Shown in pieces: positions 9,597 to 18,287 of a DNA stretch of 64,000 nt. The DNA is from an uncultured delta proteobacterium (GTDB taxonomy: Bacteria > Myxococcota > UBA727 > VGSZ01), in NCBI GenBank assembly GCA_963775425.1, contig CAVZJB010000011.1:160001-224000 (forward strand), given 5' to 3'. Within the stretch, counting starts at the first letter, position 1, and every line of letters begins with the position of its first letter. Below the pieces are notes generated by a model, which made no database searches, had not been told where the DNA came from, and saw only the letters and a list, made by a program, of their open reading frames with translations. A program made the position numbers and the translations under genes.

Positions 9597-11815
9597 GGCA
9601 GGATCCACTTGAAGCCGAGGTACAGGCTCACGCCCACGTGGGCGCCGATGAGGACCACCATGAACAGCGCGAGCACCACGTGGATCACGAGCCAGCCACG
9701 GAAGAGGCGCTTGAGGCCGGCGTAGAACGAGATCTGCAGACGCGAGCGCGCGATGAGCATGAGGCCGCTCTTGAAGGTCTCGAAGGCCTTGGCGTCGACG
9801 AAGTAGGGGCGCGCGCTCTCGATGCTCCTGTGCAGGTGGCGGCGCGCCCGCGGATCTTCGACGACGGCGCGGAAGAACGAGCGCTGCTTGGGCGCGGCGT
9901 CGGCGAGGGCGAAGAGCTGGTGCACCAGCTCGGCGTTGGTGGCGTCCTCGAGGTGGGGCTCCATGCGTTTGCGGATGTCCTGAAGCTGCGTGCGCACCTC
10001 GGAGAGCGCCAACACCTTGCCGGCCTGCGCGGGCACGAACCCGAAGAGGAAGCGGCCGATGACGCCGGTGCCGACCACGATGGACAGGGCGATCCAGGTC
10101 CACACCGCGAGCAGGTTGTTGAGCATGAACGCCGCGTGAAACGCGATCACCAGCGGGCTCATGATGCCGACGAACATGTGGAACGTGAGCCACGTGCGGA
10201 TGGACGCGGTCCCCTTCAACGCCCGCCAGCGCTTCCGCAGCGCGTACAAGAAATTGAAGATCATGAACGTGGTGGCGATGACGCCGACGCCGTGGCCCCA
10301 CAGCCCGGCGGGCTTGAGGAACTCGTCGCCGGGCAGCCCCGCGCGCGCGTCCACCGGGAACGTGTAGTAGTCGCGCCCGACGAAGAAGAGGCCGGTGATG
10401 ATGGCCGAGCCGAGCGCGAACAGGAACAGCGCGAGCCGCCGCCGGGTGCGCGCCTCCACCTCCGCCTTGGTCGGGCCGCGCGCGGGGCCGCCCGCGCCCT
10501 TCTCCTCGCCGAGGTACTTGCGGATGGCGACGCCGACGGACTTCAAGAACGCGGTGGGCACCTCGCCGCCGGCGGAGACGATGACGCGATCGTTCTTGAG
10601 GCGCCCCTCGCCGTCGGCGGTGTCGAGGACGACGGCGCGGTCCTCGATGCTCTTCACCTGGCTGCTGAACAGCGCGCGCACGCGGCCCTCGTCGATGAGC
10701 CGTTGGACGTTGTCGCGGTTGCGGGGCTTGGCGCGCGAGAAGCTCGACTGGCGGTACGAGATGCTGACTTTGGCGGTGCTCTCCTCGGCGAGCTGTACGG
10801 CGGCTTCGACGGCGGAGTCGCCGCCGCCGACGACGAGGACGCGCTGCCCGTGGTACTGCTCTGGATCGACGAGGCGGTACGTGACCTTGTCGAGGTCCTC
10901 GCCGGCCACGCCGAGCTTGCGCGGCGTCCCGCGCAACCCGGTGGCGAGCACCACCGCGCGCGCCTGCACGGCGAGGCCGCGCGACGTGGTGATGGTGAAC
11001 ATGCCCGCCTGTCCCTCGATGCCGACGACCTTGTGGCCCTCGTCGACCTTGATCTCGTTCTTCTGCAGCACCACCTGCAGCTCGGAGAGCAGCTCCTCCT
11101 TGGACAGGAGCGAGCGGCCGAACTTGCCGTAGCCCGGCACCATCACCTGCTCGCTCATCACCACCTTGCCGCGCGGGTAGTGGGCGATGCAGCCGCCGAG
11201 GGTCTCCTGCTCGAACACCCGCGCGACGAGGCCCTGCTCCTTGCAGGACACGGCGCACGCGATGCCGGCGGGGCCGCCGCCGACGACGGCGACGTCGACG
11301 AGGGTGCCTTGCGCCTGCGTGCCCTTCAGCTTGCCTTTCAGCGAGCGCCCGACGTCGATGCCCTGGCGGAGCGCGTTCTTGATGAGGCCCATGCCGCCGA
11401 GCTCGCCGATGACGTAGACGCCCGGCCGGCTCGACTCGAACTTGTCGTCGGTGTCGGGGAGGTCGACGCCCTTTTCGGCCGAGCCGAACACGAGCTTGAT
11501 GGCGCCGACGGGGCACTCCACCGCGCAGCGCGCGTGGCCGATGCAGTGCGCGGCCTCGACGAGGGTGGCGACGCCGCCGACGACGCCGATGATGTCGCCC
11601 TCGGGGCACGCCTTGATGCACGAGAAGCTGCCGATGCACAGCGTGGGGTCGATGACGGGGTGGAGCGACGGCGGCGTGCTCTGTCCCTCGGCGACCGCGA
11701 GCTGCAGCGCGCGCTCGCCCGCCGTGGACATCGCGCGGCGACGGAACAAAAGGATGACGATGGCCGCCAGCAGGACGGCCGCGACGGTGAAGGAGATGAT
11801 CAGCGTGTCACTCAC
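9593..11815 (-). CDS. Membrane oxidoreductase: N-terminal TM, ferredoxin-like domain, TrxB/YpdA-like FAD/NAD(P) domain, His-containing TM (cytochrome b-like) domain
   Basis: CIGSFSCIKACP and CIGHARCAVECP; VGGGPAG; VLATG; VGGGDSAVE; TM His in TFHMF, AFHAA, VIHVV, GAHV. Start uncertain (11812-11839). Confidence 0.85.
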   Translation of the reverse strand: MSDTLIISFTVAAVLLAAIVILLFRRRAMSTAGERALQLAVAEGQSTPPSLHPVIDPTLCIGSFSCIKACPEGDIIGVVGGVATLVEAAHCIGHARCAVECPVGAIKLVFGSAEKGVDLPDTDDKFESSRPGVYVIGELGGMGLIKNALRQGIDVGRSLKGKLKGTQAQGTLVDVAVVGGGPAGIACAVSCKEQGLVARVFEQETLGGCIAHYPRGKVVMSEQVMVPGYGKFGRSLLSKEELLSELQVVLQKNEIKVDEGHKVVGIEGQAGMFTITTSRGLAVQARAVVLATGLRGTPRKLGVAGEDLDKVTYRLVDPEQYHGQRVLVVGGGDSAVEAAVQLAEESTAKVSISYRQSSFSRAKPRNRDNVQRLIDEGRVRALFSSQVKSIEDRAVVLDTADGEGRLKNDRVIVSAGGEVPTAFLKSVGVAIRKYLGEEKGAGGPARGPTKAEVEARTRRRLALFLFALGSAIITGLFFVGRDYYTFPVDARAGLPGDEFLKPAGLWGHGVGVIATTFMIFNFLYALRKRWRALKGTASIRTWLTFHMFVGIMSPLVIAFHAAFMLNNLLAVWTWIALSIVVGTGVIGRFLFGFVPAQAGKVLALSEVRTQLQDIRKRMEPHLEDATNAELVHQLFALADAAPKQRSFFRAVVEDPRARRHLHRSIESARPYFVDAKAFETFKSGLMLIARSRLQISFYAGLKRLFRGWLVIHVVLALFMVVLIGAHVGVSLYLGFKWILP

Positions 11816-11863
11816 GACGCGTCCGCCTCGACGAGGCACGTCCCGCGAGCAACTCGCGTGCCG

Positions 11864-11953
11864 TGATCAGCGACCCGAGGGAGCGGCCGCGCTTGATCAA
11901 GCGACCGGAGGGAGCGGCCGCGCTTGATCAAGCGACCGGAGGAGCGATCGCGC
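11864..11953 (+). repeat. Tandem array (about 3 x 31 bp) of a dispersed REP-like element
   Basis: TGATCA(A)GCGACCGGAGGGAGCGGCCGCGCT repeated; same core recurs at 32515, 55525, 53373 (reverse) and 6248. Confidence 0.8.
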
Positions 11954-11976
11954 GGAGCACCGCCACCGACCATGCC

Positions 11977-12783
11977 TCACATCCCCATATAGAGGAGCAC
12001 GCCGCCGGTGCCCGCGAGGGCGACGCCGACACCGGCGACGAGCAGCATGGCGGTGGCGACGTTGGCGGCGCCTTCCTTGGCGGGGCCGAGGGAGTCGGGG
12101 TCGCGGATGATCCCCACCTGGCTGGCCGCGACAGCGCCGCCGCCGAGGCACAACAGCGCGCCGCCGCCGAGCGCGGCGATGCCGCCGACCGCCATGGGCG
12201 TGAGCGCCACGGGCGGCGGATCCGCCGGCGGCGCCTCGGGCTGAAGCGGCTTCATGCCGGGATCGCCCTTGGCCGTGCCCGTGGTGGGGTGGGGCGGGGC
12301 GGTGGTGCTCGTCGACGTGGAGGTGGCGGCCGTGGGGGGCTTGGCCTTGTCAATCGCGCCCTTGAGCGCCTTGATGACGGCGGCGGGGACCACGGAGCCG
12401 CCGCCGAGGACGTCGTCGGCGCGGGCGGCGCTCTCGTCCTGGGCGATGGAGCGGCCGTCGGTGTTGACGAGGTGGGCCTCGAGCTGCACCTGCCCGCCGG
12501 CGCGCAAGGCCTCGACCCAGACCAGCCACGTGGCGTCGGCGGTGCGGAGCACCTCCTTGGCGCACGCGTGATCCGTGAGGCACTCGGTCTTCACCGACAG
12601 CGCCTTGGACAGCGCCCACAGCTCGGCGCCGGTGCCGTTGATCTCCGCGTCGACCTTGTCCTGCACGTGGCGGGCGTCGTCGTCGGCGAAGCCGGCGGTG
12701 TGCACGACGACGGCGACGCGCGTGCCGCCGGGCGCCGCGGCGAAGCTCAACGCCGCGGCGAGGACTGCTGCGCCGAGGGTCAC
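11977..12783 (-). CDS. Hypothetical exported protein with C-terminal hydrophobic hairpin (kinase-coupled)
   Basis: Signal peptide; C-x5-C motif; Pro/Thr linker; two C-terminal hydrophobic segments; 4-nt overlap with the kinase stop. Confidence 0.7.
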   Translation of the reverse strand: MTLGAAVLAAALSFAAAPGGTRVAVVVHTAGFADDDARHVQDKVDAEINGTGAELWALSKALSVKTECLTDHACAKEVLRTADATWLVWVEALRAGGQVQLEAHLVNTDGRSIAQDESAARADDVLGGGSVVPAAVIKALKGAIDKAKPPTAATSTSTSTTAPPHPTTGTAKGDPGMKPLQPEAPPADPPPVALTPMAVGGIAALGGGALLCLGGGAVAASQVGIIRDPDSLGPAKEGAANVATAMLLVAGVGVALAGTGGVLLYMGM

Positions 12784-14756
12784 GACCGGATCCTCCCGAG
12801 CGCGGCAAAGGCGGCGTTCAGCGTGCGGTTGGCGGCGTCGTACTTTCCGTCTTTCATCTCTCTCAAGACCTCGCCCGCCAGAGCGTCAAGCTGTTTTCGT
12901 GCGGCCGCGTCGGGGGCGGTCGCATCGTAACGCTCGTTGAACCGTAACAGTTTTTTTCGAACGAACCCTTTGTCGATTTCGATGGCGTCGGCGCGCCGTC
13001 GCGCGTCGAGCGCCATGTCGCCGGCCTCGGAGAATCGCCGCGTCCGGGCGGCGTTGAGCACGCGTGCCCGGAGCCTGTCGAGCTCGCCGTCGTCGCCGGA
13101 CTGAAGGCCCTTTTGCGCCAGCAGTCGATCGAGGGCCGCTCGTTGCTCGGCGTAGTGCCGCTGGTCGGTGGCTCGGGTGTCTCCGTGGTGCGCCCGCGGC
13201 CGGGGCGCGTGCGACGGCGGCGCGGCGTGCTCGGCCTCCTCCGCCGTCGCCGGCGGGTCCTCGGCGTCGGGGGCGGGATCCGGGGCGGGATCGGCCGGCG
13301 GATCGGCGGGCGGATCGGCGGGGGGATCGTCGGGCGGATCCGCCGGCGCGGCGTCGGCAGCCGGCGGATCGGCCACCGTCGCGGGCTCGTCACGGGCGTC
13401 GCGCGCGACGACGACGGCGACGGCCACGACGGCGACGGCGGCGGCGACGCCGAGGAGCGGCTTGAGCCTGCTCTTCCCGGGGCCGAGCAGCGCTTTGTCC
13501 TCGTCGCTGACGACGCGCAGCGCCGGCTGGGGCAGGAGCTGGGTGTCCTTGGCGAGGAGCGCGGGCCCCGCGGGCTGGCCGCCGATCACCCACGACGCGG
13601 ACGACCGCGGGTCTTCATCCACGCGGATGGCGCTTTCGAGCCGCGGCGGCGCGCGCGCCGGCTCCTCCGCGGGGTCGGTGGGCGGCAGGCTGACGATGGT
13701 GACGTCGGCGGTGAGCGGCGGCGCGTTTTCATCGGTGCTGTGGGCGGGCTCGTTTTCGTCCGTGGTGCGCACCGGTCCGCGCGTGAGCGTGGGCGCGTCG
13801 GGGCGCACGGGAGGAGGCGGGCGGGTCAGCGGGTCCGGCTCCGACGACGTGTCTCCCAACGAGACCGGCATCGGCGACGGAATCGTCTTCACGTCGTCGT
13901 CGGGGATGCTCTTCTCGATGTCCGCGAGCGCGCGCGCGAGGGCGCGGGCATCGGGGTAGCGCTCGTCCGGGGAGAAGGCGAGGGCGCGCAGCGCGATCGG
14001 GCTCACGGCGGCGGGGAGATCCTTGCGCACCAGGTGCGGAGGCGGCGGGCGCGACTTGGACATCGCCTCGAGGAGCATGACGTCGCTGCTCGCGGAGAAG
14101 GGCATCTTGCCGGTGAGACAGTTGTAGAAGATGACGCCGACGCCAAACTGGTCGGATCGGGGCGTCGCCGGCCTCCCCGCCCAGACCTCCGGCGCGATGT
14201 AGTGGCGCGTGCCGAGGGCCACGCCGGGGAGCGTGAGCGACGAAGCGCCGTCGAGCGCCTTGGCGATGCCGAAGTCGAGCAGCGTGACCTCGTCGTCGTC
14301 GCGCACCATGATGTTGCGCGGCTTGAGGTCCCGGTGGACGACGCCGACGTCGTGGGCGGCGGCGAGGGCGTCGCAGATGTTGCGGCAGATGGCGAGGGTG
14401 CGGCGCACGGGGAGCGGTGGGACGTCGGCGCCGAGGAGATCGCGCAGCGGGATGCCGTCCGCGACCTCCATGGTGATGAAGCGGACGCCCTTGTCCTCGT
14501 GCAAGTCGTGGAGCCGGCAGACGCCTTTGTGCACGATGCGGCGCGCGAGCACGATCTCGCGGTTGAAGCGCTCGACGGCCTCGGGGTGCGCCGCGAGCGC
14601 GGGGTGCAACACCTTCACGCAGAGGCGCTGCTTGAGCAGCGTGTCCTCGGCGAGGAACACCATGCCCATGGCGCCGCGCCCGAGCTCGCGCTCGAGGCGA
14701 TAGCGGCCCAGCCGCTCGCCGGCTCTCAGCTGGTCGGCCTGCATTTCGGAGGTCAC
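12780..14756 (-). CDS. Membrane Ser/Thr protein kinase
   Basis: LGRGAMG, CVK, HRDLKPRN, DFG, YIAPE; TM; DPPA repeats. Start GTG 14756 or ATG 14744. Confidence 0.92.
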   Translation of the reverse strand: MTSEMQADQLRAGERLGRYRLERELGRGAMGMVFLAEDTLLKQRLCVKVLHPALAAHPEAVERFNREIVLARRIVHKGVCRLHDLHEDKGVRFITMEVADGIPLRDLLGADVPPLPVRRTLAICRNICDALAAAHDVGVVHRDLKPRNIMVRDDDEVTLLDFGIAKALDGASSLTLPGVALGTRHYIAPEVWAGRPATPRSDQFGVGVIFYNCLTGKMPFSASSDVMLLEAMSKSRPPPPHLVRKDLPAAVSPIALRALAFSPDERYPDARALARALADIEKSIPDDDVKTIPSPMPVSLGDTSSEPDPLTRPPPPVRPDAPTLTRGPVRTTDENEPAHSTDENAPPLTADVTIVSLPPTDPAEEPARAPPRLESAIRVDEDPRSSASWVIGGQPAGPALLAKDTQLLPQPALRVVSDEDKALLGPGKSRLKPLLGVAAAVAVVAVAVVVARDARDEPATVADPPAADAAPADPPDDPPADPPADPPADPAPDPAPDAEDPPATAEEAEHAAPPSHAPRPRAHHGDTRATDQRHYAEQRAALDRLLAQKGLQSGDDGELDRLRARVLNAARTRRFSEAGDMALDARRRADAIEIDKGFVRKKLLRFNERYDATAPDAAARKQLDALAGEVLREMKDGKYDAANRTLNAAFAALGRIRS

Positions 14757-14905
14757 AGTACACCCACCTGGTCTCTCTACGCCCGCGCACGTCCGACGCG
14801 AGCGCCGCGTGCGCCGCCCGCGTGCGCGCCCGCGTGCGCGCCCGCTTCGCCTCGCATGGAGCCACACGCGGCGGGCGCGCTCCGGTGGCGGCGGGCGCGT
14901 CGATG

Positions 14906-14921
14906 TGGCGCAGGGGTTGCT
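14906..14921 (+). promoter_or_regulatory. Putative sigma54 (-24/-12) promoter
   Basis: TGGCGC-AGGGG-TTGCT with exact GG-N10-GC spacing, 40 nt upstream of ATG 14962. Confidence 0.55.
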
Positions 14922-14961
14922 TCGCGATCGCGGTCCACGTCGGACGACGTAGGATCGCCCC

Positions 14962-15840
14962 ATGAAGACCTTGCCCTCTTTCCTGATTCCCGCCGCCCTC
15001 GCCGCCGTGTTCTTCGGGGTCCTTGGCGCCGGGTGCGCCGCCCTCCTCGCCGACGCCCCTTGCAGCAGCGATCAGAACTGCCCGAGCGGCCAGCTCTGCA
15101 GCGACGGAGTCTGCGCCCCGGCTGACGTCGTCGCCGAGGGCGAGGGCGAAGGAGAAGGAGAGGGCGAAGGAGAAGGCGAGGGCGAAGGCGAGGGCGAAGG
15201 AGAGGGAGAAGGCGAAGGAGAGGGCGAAGGCGAAGGCGAAGGCGAGGGCGAAGGCGAAGGCGAGGGCGAAGGAGAGGGCGAAGGAGAGGGAGAAGGCGAT
15301 CCCTGCAGCCCCGGCGGCACCGTCAACAGCGTCGACCAGTTCTCGGGCTGCACCGCCGTCACCGCGGACATCACCCTCACAGGTGGCTCGCTCACCGGGC
15401 TCTCGGGGGTCGAGACCGTCAACGGCAGCCTCAGCATCAGCAACATCGAGAACAGCCTCAACAACCTGGGTGCGCTCCAGACCGTGTCCGGGGATGTGAC
15501 GTTCAGCGGCGGCGACACCAACAGCGGCGCGGGCAACGCCCTCGGCAACCTCCAGAGCATCGGCGGCGACCTCGTCATCCACAACGGCGGCGTCGATCTG
15601 CACACCATCAACGGCTACGGCCAGCTCCAGACCATCGGCGGCTCGCTCGTCATCCACAACAACTCGGCGCTCACCAGCGTGAGCGCCACCGCGTTCGCGA
15701 GCCTCACGTCGATCGCCGGCTCGCTCGACCTCGACCAGAACCCCGTCCTCGCGTGCACCGGCGGGGTGCCGAGCCTGAAGACCGCGGCGGGCGACCGCGT
15801 CACGCTCGGCACCAACGGAACCGCCGGATGCACGCCCTGA
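14962..15840 (+). CDS. Lipoprotein with Cys-rich module, (EG)27 linker and receptor-L-domain-like beta-solenoid
   Basis: LGAGC lipobox; CSSDQNCPSGQLCSDGVC; LQTIGGSLVIHNN repeats. Confidence 0.85.
   Translation: MKTLPSFLIPAALAAVFFGVLGAGCAALLADAPCSSDQNCPSGQLCSDGVCAPADVVAEGEGEGEGEGEGEGEGEGEGEGEGEGEGEGEGEGEGEGEGEGEGEGEGEGEGEGDPCSPGGTVNSVDQFSGCTAVTADITLTGGSLTGLSGVETVNGSLSISNIENSLNNLGALQTVSGDVTFSGGDTNSGAGNALGNLQSIGGDLVIHNGGVDLHTINGYGQLQTIGGSLVIHNNSALTSVSATAFASLTSIAGSLDLDQNPVLACTGGVPSLKTAAGDRVTLGTNGTAGCTP
15136..15297 (+). repeat. Coding repeat, (Glu-Gly)x27
   Basis: 162 nt of GAR-GGN. Confidence 0.95.
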
Positions 15841-18287
15841 GCGCAGCGCGCTGCTGCGCTGTCCTCGCGGTCATCGCCGCGACCGGCTGCGCGCCGAAAG
15901 CGCCCGCGCTCACCTTCGGCGTCAGCACCGGCGAGCACGACGCCTATTTCCTCATCGGCAGGGGGGAGCACCACGCGCTCGGCAAGCGCGCCGACGACGG
16001 CCCCATCCAGTGCAGCTCGTGCCACGCCGCCGGCAGCGACAGCTTCACCGAGTTCTCGTGCACCGGCTGCCACGAGCATCGCCAGGACGTCACCACCGGC
16101 ATCCACTCCGGCATCGCCGAGTTCCGCTACGACAGCGCGAGCTGCCTGTCCTGTCACCCCGGTGGCAACGCCGACATCGACGGCATCGACGACGCGACGC
16201 ACACGCGCGAGTACTTCCCCATCGACGATCACAGCGCGCACAAGGCGGTGCAGTGCTCCGGTTGCCACACGCACGCCGACGACCGAACCATCGTCACCTG
16301 CACCGGCTGCCACGACCACGCCGCCGACGGGCAGGAGGTGCACGGCTCGGCGGAGCTGCAGGCGGTGCACGGGCAGATGACGGGCTACGCGTGGGACACG
16401 CAGAGCTGCCGCGATTGTCACGCGAAGAGCGAGAACCCGGGCAGCTACGATCACACGGCGTTCCCGACGGCGGCGGGCACGTCGCACGAGGGCATCTCCT
16501 GCGCCGCGTGTCACGCCACGCCGCAGGATCGCTCGCAGCTTTTGTGCGTCACCTGCCACGAGCACAACCAGGTCGAGACCGACGCCGCGCACGCCGACGT
16601 CCCCGACTACCGCTACGACTCCGGCAGCTGCGTCCTCTGCCACGCCCAGTCGCAGGTGCCCGGCGAGATCGATCACTCCACGTTCTTCCCCATCGACACC
16701 GGCGCCACGCACGCGCTCGGCACCGTCGTGGACAACGCCGGCCTCGTCCCCGACGAGACCATCGCCTGCACGTCGTGCCACAAGAACCCCACCGACAACT
16801 CGCAGGCCACGTGCCTCGGCTGCCACGCGCACTTCGAGGACGTGCTGCAGCCCATCCACGACGGCATCGCGGGCTATGCGTGGCAGGACTCGAGCTGTCT
16901 GTTCTGCCATCCGCACGGTGAGCCCGACGGCTACCTCTCCGAGCACCCCGAGTTCCCCATCGCGTCGGGCGACGCCCACCAGGGCATCGCGTGCGCGGAG
17001 TGCCACGCGTCGCAGACGGATCGCTCACAGCTCCTGTGCACGTCGTGTCACGTGCTCACCGACATGGAGCCCGTGCACCGGAGCCTGCCGGGATGGCAGT
17101 TCGACAGCACCGCCTGCTTCACGTGTCACGCGCAGTCGCAGGTGCCGGGGACGTTCGACCATGAGCCCTACTTCCCGCTCGTCGGCACGCAACACGCGCT
17201 CGGCGCCCCGAACAACCTCGTGTGCACCGACTGCCACAGGGACCGCACCAACCGCACGCTGCTCGACTGCACCGGCTGCCACCTCGGCAGCCACGACCAG
17301 GCGCCGATGAACACGGCGCACACCGGCGTCCCGAGCTACTCGTGGACGCCGGCGTCGTGCGTGGGCTGTCACCCGAACGGCACCGCCGCCGGCGCCGTGT
17401 TCTCGCACCCCTACTTCCCCATCACGGCCAACGACACACACGGGCAAAACGGCATCGCCTGCGCCGACTGCCATACGAACCCCGCCGACAACACCGTCGT
17501 CGAGTGCACCGCGTGCCACCTGGGCAGCCATGATCAGACGCCGATGACGCAGCGGCACGCAGACGTCCCCGGCTTTCAGTGGTCGACGTCCCAATGCCTG
17601 TTCTGCCACCCCAACAGCGAGCCCGTCGGCAACATCGATCACGCGCGCTTCTTCCCGATCACGGCGGGGTCCGCGCACGCGGGCATCGCCTGCGCCGACT
17701 GCCACATCGATCCGAACAACCGGCAGACGCTCGGCTGCGCGCAGTGCCACCAAGGCGACACCAACCCGACCATCGCGGCGGTGCACCAGGGCATCCCGGG
17801 CTTCGCGAGCACGTCGACGGCATGCCTGCAGTGCCACCCGCACTCGGAGTCGGTCGGGACGATGGATCACCAGGCCTACTTCCCCATCGGCGCGGGCTCC
17901 CAGCACGCGTCGGCGGCGTACGCGGCCAAGATCGCCTCAGGGCAGAACCAGTGCTCGGCGTGCCACGTCTCGCGCACCGATCGCACGCAGGAGAATTGCG
18001 CGAGCTGCCACGCCGGGGTCTCGCCGACGCCGTCGTCGTCCCACGGCTCCGTCGGCGGCTTCTCCAACAACTCCGTGAATTGCAAACAGTGCCACGGTGA
18101 TGCGCAGGTGGACACGCTTCGGTCGCACACCGTATTCAGCCCTACACACCACCGGGCCAAATGCATCGACTGCCACCGCACCTTCCGCAGCGACAAGCCC
18201 TTCGCCATCAATTTCACGCAAGGCGTGTGCACCAAGTGCCACTCGTCGTCGTGCACGGTGAACAACAGGAACGCATGCGGCGACTGA
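15828..18287 (+). CDS. Multiheme cytochrome c lipoprotein (29 CxxCH, triheme repeats)
   Basis: IAATGC lipobox; 29 CxxCH counted, arranged as nine FPI..H..CxxCH..CxxCH..H..CxxCH units plus two. Confidence 0.92.
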   Translation: MHALSAARCCAVLAVIAATGCAPKAPALTFGVSTGEHDAYFLIGRGEHHALGKRADDGPIQCSSCHAAGSDSFTEFSCTGCHEHRQDVTTGIHSGIAEFRYDSASCLSCHPGGNADIDGIDDATHTREYFPIDDHSAHKAVQCSGCHTHADDRTIVTCTGCHDHAADGQEVHGSAELQAVHGQMTGYAWDTQSCRDCHAKSENPGSYDHTAFPTAAGTSHEGISCAACHATPQDRSQLLCVTCHEHNQVETDAAHADVPDYRYDSGSCVLCHAQSQVPGEIDHSTFFPIDTGATHALGTVVDNAGLVPDETIACTSCHKNPTDNSQATCLGCHAHFEDVLQPIHDGIAGYAWQDSSCLFCHPHGEPDGYLSEHPEFPIASGDAHQGIACAECHASQTDRSQLLCTSCHVLTDMEPVHRSLPGWQFDSTACFTCHAQSQVPGTFDHEPYFPLVGTQHALGAPNNLVCTDCHRDRTNRTLLDCTGCHLGSHDQAPMNTAHTGVPSYSWTPASCVGCHPNGTAAGAVFSHPYFPITANDTHGQNGIACADCHTNPADNTVVECTACHLGSHDQTPMTQRHADVPGFQWSTSQCLFCHPNSEPVGNIDHARFFPITAGSAHAGIACADCHIDPNNRQTLGCAQCHQGDTNPTIAAVHQGIPGFASTSTACLQCHPHSESVGTMDHQAYFPIGAGSQHASAAYAAKIASGQNQCSACHVSRTDRTQENCASCHAGVSPTPSSSHGSVGGFSNNSVNCKQCHGDAQVDTLRSHTVFSPTHHRAKCIDCHRTFRSDKPFAINFTQGVCTKCHSSSCTVNNRNACGD

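Noticed and set aside
9597-11639. 1572-aa cytochrome start
   Set aside because: The upstream part is an Arg-rich off-frame read of the oxidoreductase; the real start is at the GTGA overlap near 9596
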